A stretch of DNA of 64,000 bases from an uncultured Gemmatimonadales bacterium (GCA_963798845.1 CAWCUS010000006.1:864001-928000); one strand, 5' to 3'; positions 27,471 to 38,144 are shown, numbered from the stretch's first letter. The notes: generated by a model not told the origin, from the letters alone. Translations and numbers: made by a program.

Positions 27471-28748
27471 TTACTCCCCGGAGCGTACCACCCGGCCGCC
27501 CTTCATGACGAAGCGGACCTGGCGCAGCGCGGTTATGTCCTCCGACGGATCGCCCCGCACGGCCACGAGATCGGCCAGGCGCCCGGGCTCGATCACGCCG
27601 CGGTCGCCGAGATCCAGGATCTCCGCGTTCCCGGAGGTGGCGGCCCGGAGGACGTCCAGCACGGGCATGCCGTATTCCGCCATGAGCTCGGCCTCACGCG
27701 CGTTATCGCCGTGGCTGAAGACTCCCGTGTCCCCGCCCAGGCACATGGGCACGCCCGCGTCCAGTGCGGCGCGGAAGCTCTCGCGACTCTGCCGTATGCG
27801 CTCCGGCTCCGGCTTGCTGCCGGGAGTCCAGCCGCGGTAGCGGGCGACGGCCTCCGAAGCGGCGAGGGTGGGACAGAGCGCCACGCCTCGCTCCGCCATG
27901 AGGCGGAAAACCTCGGGGGTGCCGCCGTCGCCATGCTCGATGGTGGCGACCCCCGCGAGCGTCGCCCGGCGCATGCCCTCGGCCGTGGAGGCGTGGGCGG
28001 AGACGTGGCGGCCGCTGCTCTCGGCCACCTCCACCGCCGTTTGGATCTCCGCTTCCGTGAACGTGGGCATGGCCTGGCCGCCGGGACCCCAGCCGTAATC
28101 GGCATAGACCTTCACCCAGTCGGCGCCGTGGCCGATCTGATCGCGCACCACGTGCGCCATGGTTGGACCATCCGCCTCCTCGGCGCCCAGGAGCATGTCC
28201 AGTTCCGGCACGTACCCCTTCGGGCCGTAGCTTCCCGTCGCGACGATGGCTTTCGTCGCGATGAGCAGCCGCGGTCCTTCCACCACTCCCTTGGCGATGG
28301 CCGTCCTGAGGCCCGCGTCGGCGTAGCCGGCGCCCTCCGTGCCCAGGTCGCGGGCCGTGGTGAACCCCGCCATGAGCGTGGCCCGCGCGTGGTTCCCGGC
28401 CCGGAGCGTACGCTCCGCCCGCGACTCCTTGAGCACCTGGTCGTTCCACGCAACCTCGTCGTACGGGTGCAGGAACATGTGTACGTGGCCGTCGATGAGC
28501 CCCGGCAGGAGAGTGGTGCCGGGCAGGTCCGTCACGCGGGCCCCGCCGGCGTCGATCCGATCGGCGGGGCCGACGGCGGCGACGCGGTCGCCGTCCACCA
28601 GCACGACCCAGCCGGCGTGGATGGCGTGGCCATCGAACACGCGATCGGGCCGGAGCAGGATCTGTTGGGCGGCCGCGGGCCCGGCCGCGCACACGAGCGC
28701 GAACGGGAGAAGGAGAGACCGTCCGGGTGCGGCCGCGATCAGCTTCAT
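27471..28748 (-). CDS. Secreted amidohydrolase (Xaa-Pro dipeptidase-like)
   Basis: PGLIDGHVH, GFTTARDLG, DWVKVYAD, AHA...TIEHG, GGDTG, GRLADLVAV; GGAGG RBS. Confidence 0.85.
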   Translation of the reverse strand: MKLIAAAPGRSLLLPFALVCAAGPAAAQQILLRPDRVFDGHAIHAGWVVLVDGDRVAAVGPADRIDAGGARVTDLPGTTLLPGLIDGHVHMFLHPYDEVAWNDQVLKESRAERTLRAGNHARATLMAGFTTARDLGTEGAGYADAGLRTAIAKGVVEGPRLLIATKAIVATGSYGPKGYVPELDMLLGAEEADGPTMAHVVRDQIGHGADWVKVYADYGWGPGGQAMPTFTEAEIQTAVEVAESSGRHVSAHASTAEGMRRATLAGVATIEHGDGGTPEVFRLMAERGVALCPTLAASEAVARYRGWTPGSKPEPERIRQSRESFRAALDAGVPMCLGGDTGVFSHGDNAREAELMAEYGMPVLDVLRAATSGNAEILDLGDRGVIEPGRLADLVAVRGDPSEDITALRQVRFVMKGGRVVRSGE

Positions 28749-28939
28749 CACTCGAAACCTCCAGGTGTGGGCAGCGGGAAAGAAATGGGGACGTGGCGGC
28801 CCCTCGGCAACCTCTCCGCTGGTTCTGCTGTCGAAACTCTCGGATCCCACGGCCCGTACGTAGGACCGAGCGGCGGGAGGTGGTGATCGCCCGGCCTGGT
28901 GAGCAGGTCGGGCGTTCTCGCCTGACAGAAGAAGCGCCC

Positions 28940-31639
28940 ATGAACGCGATAAGACTTTCTGCATTCATTTCCGTCATCCTCTTCTCCAGCGTTGCCTCCG
29001 CCCAGGACAGCGGGGCGGTCGCCGCCGTTTCCGGCCGGCGCCCCGACCCCGGCGGCGACAAGGACGCGGTGCTCGCGCTGCGGGCGGAGCGGGTGCAGGC
29101 GCCGCCCACGATCGATGGGGACCTGAGCGATCCTGTGTGGGCGGCGGCCCAGGTCGCCACGGGGTTCACCCAGATGCAGCCGAACCCGGGCAACCCGGCC
29201 ACGCAGAGCACCGACGTGCGAGTGCTGTACGACGACCAGGCGCTCTACGTCGCCGCCCGCATGCACGACACCGCTCCGGACTCGGTGGTGGCGCAGCTGG
29301 GCCGACGCGACAACGAGAACTATTCCGACTGGATGTACGTGGGGGTGGACAGCTACTTCGATCGTCGGACCGGGTTCGCGTTCGGGTTGAATCCGCGGGG
29401 CGTGATGGTGGACGTGCTGCTGTTCGACGACACCGAGGATGACGAATCGTGGGACGCGGTGTGGGAAGGCGCAGCGCGCCGGGACCCGGATGGCTGGACG
29501 GCCGAGTTCCGGATCCCGCTGTCCCAGCTCCGCTTCAGGCCGAGTCCGGACGGCCGGGATCAGGTGTGGGGGATCAACTTCGTGCGCAAGATCGCGCGCA
29601 ACAACGAGCAGGACTTCTGGGCGCCGACGCTCCCGAGCGACGCCCGCGTGGTCTCCCTGTTCGGCGAGCTTCGCGGGCTCCGGAACCTGCATCCCCCGCG
29701 TCGCCTGGAAGTGATGCCGTATGCCGTGGCCAGCGCCACGCGCGCGCCGAGAGAGGATGGCGACCCGTTCTATCACTCCGTCGCTCCGTTCGGCGGAGCG
29801 GGTGCCGATGTGAAGGCCGGGATCACGTCCGACCTGACGCTCACGGCCACCATCAACCCGGACTTCGGACAGGTTGAGGCGGACCCGTCCGTGGTGAACC
29901 TGTCCGCGTTCGAAACCTTCTTTCCGGAGAAGCGCCCGTTCTTCATGGAAGGGATGGACATCTTCCGCTTCGGCCTCGGCATCGGCGACGGCGATCTCGG
30001 GAACGAGAGCCTCTTCTACTCCCGTCGGATCGGCCGCTCGCCCCAGGGAGACGTGGACGGCGACTTCGTGGACGCGCCGGAAGCGACCACGATCCTGGGC
30101 GCCGCCAAGCTGTCGGGAAAGACCGCGAGTGGCTGGTCGATCGGCGTGCTGGACGCCCTCACCGGCAAGGAGAGGGCACGGTCGGTCAGCGACGGTGAGG
30201 AGAGCACCACGGCGATCGAGCCGCTGACGAATTACGGCGTGGCGAGGGTGATCAGGGACTTCCGCGACGGGAAGAGCGCCATTGGCGGGATCCTCACGTC
30301 GACGAACCGCTCGCTCCCGCGCTCCGGCGAGCTGGACTGGCTGCGCAAGTCCGCGTACACGGCCGGCGTCGACGTGAGGCACCGCTTCGGTCCGGACGAC
30401 GCGTACCAGGTTTCCGGCTCGCTGGTCGGCAGCTACGTCACCGGCACGGCCGACGCCATCGACGAGGTGCAGACGGCGCCCGTCCACTACTTCCAGCGGC
30501 CCGACGCCGATTACCTGGAGTACGACCCCACGCGCACGTCCCTGTCCGGCACCGCGGGGAAGGTCGAGCTGTGGAAGCTGCAGGGCGACTGGCGGTTCGC
30601 GCTCTTCGGCATGAGCATCTCGCCCGGATTCGACGCGAACGACCTCGGCTTCCAGTCCAACGGCGACATGACGTTCAGCGGCTTCTGGACCGGATACCGG
30701 GAAAACGACCGGGGACCGGTGTTCCGGAGCTGGAACATCGGCTCCAACTTCTGGAACGGATACACGTACGGGGGCGACCGCGTCTCGCTTGGCGGGAACG
30801 TCAACGGCGGCTTCGAGCTCAACAATCTCTGGGGCTTCTACGGCGGCATCAACTACAACGGGTCGGCGCTCTCCACGTCCATGCTCCGCGGAGGACCGGG
30901 GTTCCTGCGCCCGACGGGGTGGAGCGCCTGGTCCAGCGCGTACACCGATCACCGCAAGCCCGTGCAGTTCGGCGTCGACTTCGGCGGGAACGTGGCGGAA
31001 GATTCCGGCGGCCGCGGCTACTGGTTCTCTCCCGGCATCACGATCCGTCCCTCCGACAACGCGGACTTCCACCTCGGGCCGTCCTTCTCGAAGGACCGCG
31101 ACCCGCTCCAGTACGTGGACGAGCAGGACGCCGACGGCACGCCGTACTGGATCCTCGGCACGGTGGACCAGACCACGGTGTCCATGACCGCGCGGCTCAA
31201 CTACACCTTCTCGCCCGCGCTGTCGCTCCAGTTGTATGCGCAGCCGTTCATCAGCGCGGGGACATACTCGACGTTCAAGTACGTGACGAACCCGCGGGCG
31301 GCGGAGTACACGGATCGGTTCCACGTCATCGGCGGGGACGAGATGGCGTCGTCGCTGAACGAAGATGGTGAGCTGGTCCACGCCATCGACACGAACGGTG
31401 ATGGCGACGCGGACTTCGAGTTCACCGACCCCGGCTTCAATTTCAAGCAGCTCCGGTCGAACGTGGTGCTGCGCTGGGAGTACCGGCCCGGATCGACCCT
31501 GTTCGTGGTGTGGAGCCACGGGCGCACCGACTCGTCCGACGACGGCCGCTTCCGCTTCGGCAACGAGGTGAGCTCACTCTGGAACGCTCCGGGCACCAAC
31601 GTGTTGCTCCTGAAGGTCAGCTACTGGTTCGGGGTGTAG
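28940..31639 (+). CDS. Outer-membrane protein with CBM9-like N-domain and DUF5916-like barrel
   Basis: Signal peptide; IDGDLSDPVW, GWTAEFRIP, NPDFGQVEAD, FFPEKRPFFMEG, LRWEYRPGS; aromatic C-terminus. Confidence 0.8.
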   Translation: MNAIRLSAFISVILFSSVASAQDSGAVAAVSGRRPDPGGDKDAVLALRAERVQAPPTIDGDLSDPVWAAAQVATGFTQMQPNPGNPATQSTDVRVLYDDQALYVAARMHDTAPDSVVAQLGRRDNENYSDWMYVGVDSYFDRRTGFAFGLNPRGVMVDVLLFDDTEDDESWDAVWEGAARRDPDGWTAEFRIPLSQLRFRPSPDGRDQVWGINFVRKIARNNEQDFWAPTLPSDARVVSLFGELRGLRNLHPPRRLEVMPYAVASATRAPREDGDPFYHSVAPFGGAGADVKAGITSDLTLTATINPDFGQVEADPSVVNLSAFETFFPEKRPFFMEGMDIFRFGLGIGDGDLGNESLFYSRRIGRSPQGDVDGDFVDAPEATTILGAAKLSGKTASGWSIGVLDALTGKERARSVSDGEESTTAIEPLTNYGVARVIRDFRDGKSAIGGILTSTNRSLPRSGELDWLRKSAYTAGVDVRHRFGPDDAYQVSGSLVGSYVTGTADAIDEVQTAPVHYFQRPDADYLEYDPTRTSLSGTAGKVELWKLQGDWRFALFGMSISPGFDANDLGFQSNGDMTFSGFWTGYRENDRGPVFRSWNIGSNFWNGYTYGGDRVSLGGNVNGGFELNNLWGFYGGINYNGSALSTSMLRGGPGFLRPTGWSAWSSAYTDHRKPVQFGVDFGGNVAEDSGGRGYWFSPGITIRPSDNADFHLGPSFSKDRDPLQYVDEQDADGTPYWILGTVDQTTVSMTARLNYTFSPALSLQLYAQPFISAGTYSTFKYVTNPRAAEYTDRFHVIGGDEMASSLNEDGELVHAIDTNGDGDADFEFTDPGFNFKQLRSNVVLRWEYRPGSTLFVVWSHGRTDSSDDGRFRFGNEVSSLWNAPGTNVLLLKVSYWFGV

Positions 31640-31838
31640 GCGGCGGAGGCGGCGGAGACGCGAGGGCCCACCCCCCGACCCCTCCTGGCTTCGCGGCCGG
31701 GCCAGGCGTTCGCGCCCACCTCGTGCCGGGGGTGCCCCGTCTGGTCACGCTCGCTAGCTTCAACGGCGGCGCCGATGCGGGCGCCGAGCGACGCAGCTAA
31801 CGCGAGGCCTGAGGGCGCGGGCCGATGGAGGCTTGAGG

Positions 31839-33269
31839 ATGTTCTCGGATTTCCAGGAGGTACGCCGCTACATCGCCGAGAGCGAGACGCGGATGGTGGA
31901 CCTGAAGTTCGTCGATCTGTGGGGACGGTGGCACCACGTGACCGTGCCCGCAGACCATTTCGACGAGGCCGTGATGGAGGAGGGGATCGGCTTCGACGGC
32001 TCGGCCGTCGGCTTCCGCAACGTGGCGTCCGGCGACATGGTGCTGGTGCCCGATCTGGCCACGGGGGCGCCGGACCCGTTCTGGGACTCGGCGACGCTCT
32101 CCTTCATCTGCTTCGCCAGGGAAGCGGACACCAGGGCTCCCCACCCGCACGATCCCCGCAACATCGCGGCGAACGCCGAGACGTTCCTGCAGACGTCGAA
32201 CGTGGCCGACACCAGCCGCTGGGGCCCCGAATTCGAGTTCTACGTGTTCGACGACGTCCGTTTCGAGAACGGGGTGAACCGGGCCTCGTATCGCGTCGAG
32301 TCGCGCGAGGCGGAATGGTCCACCACGAACGGCTCGAACGGTGCGAGCGGGCACACGATCCCGCTGCACGGTGGGTACCACGCCATGCCGCCGGCCGACC
32401 GGCTCTACAACCTTCGGGCAGAGATCTCCATGCACCTCGGCGCCATGGGCGTGCCGGTCAAGTATCACCACCACGAGGTCGGTGGACCGGGGCAGGTGGA
32501 GCTCGAGATCCCGCTGGCCGGGCTGGTGGCGGCGGGGGACATGGGGATGCTGGTGAAGTACGTCGCCAAGATGACGGCGGCGAAGCACGGTCAGACCACG
32601 ACGTTCATGCCCAAGCCGCTCTTCGGGGAGGCGGGGAGCGGAATGCACTTCCACCAGCAGCTTCTCCGCGCCGGCGACAACCTGTTCTACGACGCCGACG
32701 GCTACGGCTTCCTGAGCGACCCGGCGCGGTGGTACATCGGCGGGCTGCTGCTGCACGCCCCGGCGCTCCTGGGGCTCACGAACCCGAGCACCAACTCGTA
32801 TCGGAGGCTCGTGCCAGGGTTCGAGGCGCCCGTGCGCACCTTCTTCTCGCTGGCCAACCGCAGCGCCGCCGTCCGCATCCCGAAGTACGCCACGTCCCGC
32901 GAGGCCGTGCGCATGGAGTTCCGGCCGCCGGACGCCACCGGCAACATCTACCTGTCGATGGCCGCGCAGCTCATGGCGGGGATCGATGGCATCCGCAGGC
33001 GAGTGGAGCCGTCCGAGCACGGGTTCGGGCCGATCGACGAGGATGTCTTCTCTCTGCCGCCGGAGCGGAGCGCCGCGATCGGACAGCTGCCCACGTCACT
33101 GGAGGACGCGCTCGACGCCCTCGCCGCCGACCACGACTTCCTCCTGGGCGGAGGCGTGTTCAGCGCTGAGCTGATCGAGCGCTGGATCCGCGTGAAGCGG
33201 GAGAAGGAGGTCCTGCCCGTCAGGGCCCGGCCGCACCCCTACGAAGTCATGCTCTACTTCGACGTGTAG
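31839..33269 (+). CDS. glnA: Glutamine synthetase type I
   Basis: FDGS, GPEFEFY, HHHEV, TFMPKPLFGEAGSGMHFH, NSYRRLVPGFEAP, NRSAAVRIP, EFRPPD. Confidence 0.92.
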   Translation: MFSDFQEVRRYIAESETRMVDLKFVDLWGRWHHVTVPADHFDEAVMEEGIGFDGSAVGFRNVASGDMVLVPDLATGAPDPFWDSATLSFICFAREADTRAPHPHDPRNIAANAETFLQTSNVADTSRWGPEFEFYVFDDVRFENGVNRASYRVESREAEWSTTNGSNGASGHTIPLHGGYHAMPPADRLYNLRAEISMHLGAMGVPVKYHHHEVGGPGQVELEIPLAGLVAAGDMGMLVKYVAKMTAAKHGQTTTFMPKPLFGEAGSGMHFHQQLLRAGDNLFYDADGYGFLSDPARWYIGGLLLHAPALLGLTNPSTNSYRRLVPGFEAPVRTFFSLANRSAAVRIPKYATSREAVRMEFRPPDATGNIYLSMAAQLMAGIDGIRRRVEPSEHGFGPIDEDVFSLPPERSAAIGQLPTSLEDALDALAADHDFLLGGGVFSAELIERWIRVKREKEVLPVRARPHPYEVMLYFDV

Positions 33270-33305
33270 GCCACGAGGAGGACGGGCGATCGTGACTTGG
33301 TGCGA

Positions 33306-34499
33306 TCACGCGGTTCCGAGCACCTCGCGGATGTCCGGAAGCACGCCCTCGAGCTGCTCCTTCGTGACGATCAGCGGCGGAGCGAACCGGACCACCTCTT
33401 CGTGCGTCTCCTTGGCCAGGATCCCGCGCTCCTTCAGCGCCTCGCAGTAGGGGCGGGCAGCGCCTGTCATGACGACGCCGATCAGGAGGCCGCGGCCGCG
33501 GACCTGCCTCACGTTTGGCGATTCCATTGCCCGGAGCTCGCCCATGAACCATTCGCCCAGCTCCGCGGCGCGCTGCGGTAGGCGCTCCTCCACGATCACG
33601 TCGAGCGCGGCGAGGCCGACGGCGGCGCCCAGCGGATTCCCGCCGAACGTGGAACCGTGGCTTCCCGGGGTGAACACCTGCATCACCTCGTCGTCGGCCA
33701 GGATCGCGGACACTGGATAGACACCGCCGCCCAGCGCCTTGCCGACGATCATCACGTCCGGCCGCACGTCCTCCCACTCGCTGGCGAACATCCGCCCGGT
33801 ACGGCCGAGGCCCGTCTGGATCTCGTCCGCGATCAGAAGGGCGCCGTGCCGGCGACACAGGTCGCGGGCGCCCTTCAGGAAGCCGTCCGGCGGCACCACC
33901 ACGCCCGCCTCGCCCTGGATCGGCTCGACCAGCACCCCCACCGTGCGTTCCGACATGGCCTCGGTCAGCGCGTCCAGGTCGCCATACGGGAGGATCCGGA
34001 ACCCGGGTGTCAGGGGCCCGAAACCCTCCTTGTAGAGCGGCTCGGAGGAGAAGCTGATGATGGTCGTGGTGCGGCCGTGGAAGTTGCCCTCGAACACGAG
34101 GATCTCGGCCCGGTCCGCGGGCACACCTTTCAGGTCGTAGCCCCATTTGCGCACGGCCTTGATCGCGGTCTCCACCGCTTCGGCCCCCGTGTTCATGGGG
34201 AGTGCCTTGTCGTAGCCGGACAGCTCGCAGAGTCGCTCGAGGAAGGGCCCCATGCGGTCGTTCTGGAAGGCGCGCGACGTGAGCGGGAGGCGGCGGGCCT
34301 GCTCTATCAGCGCTTCCACGATGCGCGGGTGTGCGTGACCCTGGTTGACGGCGGAATAGGCCGAGAGCATGTCCATGTACTTGCGCCCTTCCACATCCCA
34401 CACCCACACCCCCTCCCCGCGCGTCAGGACCACGGGAAGCGGATGGTAGTTGTGGGCGCCGAATCGGTCCGCCTGCTGCAGGTATGCTTGCGTGTCCAT
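33306..34499 (-). CDS. rocD: Ornithine--oxo-acid aminotransferase
   Basis: GAHNYHPLPVV, SAYSAVNQGH, EPIQGEAG, DEIQTGLGRTG, GKALGGG, HGSTFGGNPL. Confidence 0.92.
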   Translation of the reverse strand: MDTQAYLQQADRFGAHNYHPLPVVLTRGEGVWVWDVEGRKYMDMLSAYSAVNQGHAHPRIVEALIEQARRLPLTSRAFQNDRMGPFLERLCELSGYDKALPMNTGAEAVETAIKAVRKWGYDLKGVPADRAEILVFEGNFHGRTTTIISFSSEPLYKEGFGPLTPGFRILPYGDLDALTEAMSERTVGVLVEPIQGEAGVVVPPDGFLKGARDLCRRHGALLIADEIQTGLGRTGRMFASEWEDVRPDVMIVGKALGGGVYPVSAILADDEVMQVFTPGSHGSTFGGNPLGAAVGLAALDVIVEERLPQRAAELGEWFMGELRAMESPNVRQVRGRGLLIGVVMTGAARPYCEALKERGILAKETHEEVVRFAPPLIVTKEQLEGVLPDIREVLGTA

Positions 34500-34662
34500 G
34501 ACTGACATCTCTCGGTCGATCAGGTAGCCGTGGAGGCCTCGCGCCTCCGCCGCGCCGCGCGCGTGGCTGCGAAGTTCGGGAGAGCCCGGGCGAGCCGCAA
34601 GCCCGCGGAGCGGAAGGTCGCCCGAGCACACCAGGACGGCTCCGCTCGCGCGGCGTTCAGGG

Positions 34663-35724
34663 CTAGCGCGCGGCCACCTCCGCCGGCATCGCCGGAGCGG
34701 GGGCGGCCGGGAGCGTGGGCTCGTTGACGTAGTCGAAGTCCACGGGGCCGGTGAGCGTGCGCAGCCAGGTCGTGATCGCGGCCACGTCGTCTTCCGACAG
34801 GTTGGCCCCGAGCTGGTGCCAGCCCATGATCCGGACCGCATCCGACAGGCGCTGCACCGAGCCGTCGTGGAAGTACGGCCAGGTTTCCTCCACGTTCCTC
34901 AGCGACGGGACCTTGAACATCATCCGGTCCGGTTCCTGGCCGGTGACCTGAACGCGCCCGGGGTCGCTCTGGTCGTACCACGCGTGGACCAGGCCGGCCT
35001 TCTGGTAGCTCGCGCCACCCACGTACACGCCGGCGTGGCAGGCCCCGCAGCCGGCGTCCACGAACGCCTCGAAGCCCGCCATTTCGGTGGGCTCCAGCGC
35101 GGCCGCGTCGCCTGCCAGGAACGCGTCCCAGCGGGAGGGCGTCACCAGGCCCCGCTCGAACGCCCCGATCGCCTGGCCGAAGTTCCGGAACGTGACGGGC
35201 TCGGGCTCCCCCGGGAACGACGCCTCGAACGCCCGCACATAGCCCGGGATCGACTTCAGCACTGCAACCACTTCCGGCTCCGTCGGCATTCCCATCTCCA
35301 CCGGGTTCAAGACGGGTCCGAGCGCCTGGGTTTCCACGTCCGCGGCCCGTCCATCCCAGAACTGGGCAATGTGCCCGGCCGCGTTGTAGACGGTCGGCTC
35401 GTTGCGGGCACCGACGTGGCCGTCGTGGCCCACACCCGTGGACCGATGGCTGGTGCCGTAGTCGTGAAGAGGGTGGCAGACATAGCACGAAATGTCGCCG
35501 CTCACCGAGAAGCGCGTGTCGTAGTAGAGCATCCGACCGAGCGCCACCTTCTCGGCTGTCATGGCGTTGGACTCCGACATCATGGCCGTCGGCAGGGGCC
35601 CGTAGGCGGCCAGCAGCTCCGGATCCACGTCGGCCACCGCGCCGTCACCGCCCGCACTTCCGCCACACGCGGCGGCGCCCGCTGCCAGGACCGCCATCAT
35701 CGAAAGTCGACGCCTGTTCCTCAT
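34663..35724 (-). CDS. Di-heme cytochrome c peroxidase (CcpA/MauG family), lipoprotein
   Basis: Lipobox AAAC; CYVCH and CGACH; QFWDGRA, FKVPSLRNV, PYFHDGS. Confidence 0.88.
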   Translation of the reverse strand: MRNRRRLSMMAVLAAGAAACGGSAGGDGAVADVDPELLAAYGPLPTAMMSESNAMTAEKVALGRMLYYDTRFSVSGDISCYVCHPLHDYGTSHRSTGVGHDGHVGARNEPTVYNAAGHIAQFWDGRAADVETQALGPVLNPVEMGMPTEPEVVAVLKSIPGYVRAFEASFPGEPEPVTFRNFGQAIGAFERGLVTPSRWDAFLAGDAAALEPTEMAGFEAFVDAGCGACHAGVYVGGASYQKAGLVHAWYDQSDPGRVQVTGQEPDRMMFKVPSLRNVEETWPYFHDGSVQRLSDAVRIMGWHQLGANLSEDDVAAITTWLRTLTGPVDFDYVNEPTLPAAPAPAMPAEVAAR

Positions 35725-35885
35725 GCTGCCCCCCGGTTCGGGTGCGGACCGGTCCGCCGACATTGTGCCTGCGAGGCGAACGGTCGAGATTGCTCACCAG
35801 GATCGTCGGCCTCCACCCGACCCGACGATCCGGCAAATGACGGATACGCCGCTCCGGCGCGGGCGGGCGGGAAGGGGAGAGAGGA

Positions 35886-36524
35886 ATGCGGGAGCTCGAT
35901 GGGCGGCAACTGCGGATGGTCTTGCCGACCGTGGTCGTGCTGGTGCTCCTCGTCGGGGTGACGAACCTGGTCCTGGACCGAGCCACGGATGCGTCGGCGC
36001 ACGCGGTGTTCGAGCTCACCACCTATCTGGGCGCGCTGGGCGTCTCGTGCGCGCTGTGGCTGGGCTGGTGGCGCGCGCACGAGCGGGGAGAGGCGCTGCG
36101 TCGGGCGCTCCGCGAGCGGCGTGACGAGCGCGACCGCTGGCGTGCCTCCGCGCAGCGGATGCAGGACGGGCTGCCGCAGAGGATGGAGGTGGCGTTCTCG
36201 TCCTGGGACCTGACGCCTGCGGAGCGGGATGTCGCCGTGCTCCTGCTGAAGGGACACAGCCACAAGGCGGTCGCCCGCCTCACGGAACGGTCGGAGCGGA
36301 CGGTCCGCCAGCACGCGGTGAGCGTGTACCAGAAGTCGAGGATGGGCGGCCGCGCGGAGCTCGCTGCCCATTTTCTGGATGAGCTGACGTCCGTGGTCGG
36401 AGACGGGGAAGAAGGGGCAAACGGGGAGGCAGGGAAGGGCCATCATCCACGTCGTGCCGGGCAAGCGGCCGCGGGTCTCCGCGGTGGGCGCCTGGCGGAG
36501 GGAGAGGAGCCTCGGCGATGCTGA
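35886..36524 (+). CDS. Membrane-anchored LuxR-family transcriptional regulator
   Basis: Two N-terminal TM helices, coiled linker, WDLTPAERDVAVLLLKG...ERTVRQH...YQKS HTH. Confidence 0.8.
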   Translation: MRELDGRQLRMVLPTVVVLVLLVGVTNLVLDRATDASAHAVFELTTYLGALGVSCALWLGWWRAHERGEALRRALRERRDERDRWRASAQRMQDGLPQRMEVAFSSWDLTPAERDVAVLLLKGHSHKAVARLTERSERTVRQHAVSVYQKSRMGGRAELAAHFLDELTSVVGDGEEGANGEAGKGHHPRRAGQAAAGLRGGRLAEGEEPRRC

Positions 36525-37111
36525 TCGAGCGATTCATACCGGAGCCCGATTTCGAGGAAGCCCGCGAGCTGGAGGTCGATGCGGTCCCGGAGGTGGTGAT
36601 GGGCGTGATCAAGGCGGCCGAGCTGCGGGACCCGGTGATCGCCACGCTCTTCGCCGTGCGCGATCTCCCGAACCGGGTGGCCCGGCGACTCGGCCGGCCG
36701 CAGCCGGACGCGGGTGGGACGTCGTTCGCGAACATCCCGGACGCAGGGCCGGGCTGGGTGAAGCTGGCGGAGGAGCCGGGGCGCGGACTGGTGCTGGGCG
36801 CGATCGGCCGGTTCTGGCGTCGTGATTACGGTCCGAGGAAGGTGCCTGGAGAGGAGTTCGCGTCGTTCTCGGAGCCGGGCTACCTCAAGCTGGCCGTCGC
36901 GTCGGAGGTTGAGCCCCGCGGCTACGGCCGCAGCCTGCTGCACTACGAGGCGAGGGTGGAGGCCACGGACGCGGAGGCGAGGCGACAGTTCGTCCGCTAC
37001 TGGAAGGTGATCGCGCGGGGAAACGAGGTGGTGGTGCGGCGGGCGCTGCAGCGCATCAAGGCCGAGGCCGAGTGGCGAGAGTGCCTGACGGGCGCGCTCT
37101 CGGACCGGTGA
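36518..37111 (+). CDS. Conserved hypothetical protein (DUF2867-like)
   Basis: ERFIPEPDF, LVLGAIGRFW, EPGYLKLA, ATDAEARRQFVRYW; overlaps the upstream gene by 7 nt. Confidence 0.6.
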   Translation: MLIERFIPEPDFEEARELEVDAVPEVVMGVIKAAELRDPVIATLFAVRDLPNRVARRLGRPQPDAGGTSFANIPDAGPGWVKLAEEPGRGLVLGAIGRFWRRDYGPRKVPGEEFASFSEPGYLKLAVASEVEPRGYGRSLLHYEARVEATDAEARRQFVRYWKVIARGNEVVVRRALQRIKAEAEWRECLTGALSDR

Positions 37112-37120
37112 GGCGGCCGA

Positions 37121-37489
37121 TCAGCGGTCGCGAAGCATGGCGCTGCGCCGGTCCGTGTCGGCCTCGATCCGGCCGCACATGATGTCGCACATCACGAAGA
37201 TGTCGTCGCCGGCTAGGCTGTAGTAGACGTAGAGCCCTTCCTTGCGCCGCTTCACGAAGCCGAGGGAGTGGAGCAGCTGCAGGTGCTTCGAGACGTTCGC
37301 CTGGCCGAGCTCGGTCTCCTCCACCATGCCCGACACCGTCCGCTCTCCTTCACGCAGCGTCTGGAGGATGAGCAGGCGCGCCGGCTCAGCCAGGGCCTTG
37401 AAGCGCTGGGCCACCAGCGTGATCAGCTCCGGCGAAAGCGGCTCCTCCTCCATTCCTGCCATCAACGCCTCCAGCGTGCGGTTCGTCAT
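37121..37489 (-). CDS. ArsR/SmtB-family regulator with C-terminal CxxxC
   Basis: FKALAEPARLLIL...QANVSKHL...RRKEGLYVYY...CDIMC. Confidence 0.9.
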   Translation of the reverse strand: MTNRTLEALMAGMEEEPLSPELITLVAQRFKALAEPARLLILQTLREGERTVSGMVEETELGQANVSKHLQLLHSLGFVKRRKEGLYVYYSLAGDDIFVMCDIMCGRIEADTDRRSAMLRDR

Positions 37490-37649
37490 GCCGCGTCCCG
37501 GACGGCTCGCGACGCGAACACGACGGCCACGCGGTCCAGCCGAGCGGCACGCGGCCCGTCCGCCGCGTCACCTGCAAGGGCTCGACTCCCGACAAAGTAG
37601 GAACCCCGCCCATAAGCGACCAGCCATGCCGTCCGCGCGGTGAACGCGA

Positions 37650-38144
37650 TCACGCGGCCGCCTCCCGCTCCTTCCTCACGCGGCGCGCGTAGTCGAGCGC
37701 CATCATCGCCAGCGGACGGCTCGAGAGCCCCGCCTTCACGGCGGCCCCCAGTGCCTGCTCCTCCGTCAGGCCCTCATCCAGGATCCACCACGGGATCAGC
37801 GCCGCGCCCACCCGGTTCCCGGACGCGCAGTGGACCACCACCGGCTCCGAGCGCGCAGCGCGCATCACCTCCCGGACGCGCGCGAACGTTTCGTCACGGA
37901 TCGGGCCGTGGCCAAAAGGCACCCTCACGTACCGCAGACCCGCGCGCTCCACCGCCCCGGCCTCGTCATGACCCCGAGGCTCCCAATCCTCCCGGATATC
38001 CACGACCGCAGCAATGCCAGCCGCCCGAAGCCCGGCCCACTGCCGCGCCATCGGTTGGCCGGCCGAGATCACGCCGGGCCACGGCTCCCTCGCGTTCGGA
38101 AGCGACAGTGCCGCGCTCCCGGTCGTGCGTCCGCCCTTCTTCAC
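37650..38144 (-). CDS. DUF442 / Blh-like PTP-fold protein (putative sulfurtransferase/phosphatase)
   Basis: SAGQP, VVDIR...E, HCASGNR; GAGGAG RBS before the GTG start. Confidence 0.75.
   Translation of the reverse strand: MKKGGRTTGSAALSLPNAREPWPGVISAGQPMARQWAGLRAAGIAAVVDIREDWEPRGHDEAGAVERAGLRYVRVPFGHGPIRDETFARVREVMRAARSEPVVVHCASGNRVGAALIPWWILDEGLTEEQALGAAVKAGLSSRPLAMMALDYARRVRKEREAAA

Noticed and set aside
28748..31519. 923-aa minus-strand ORF
   Set aside because: Antisense shadow of the DUF5916-like gene
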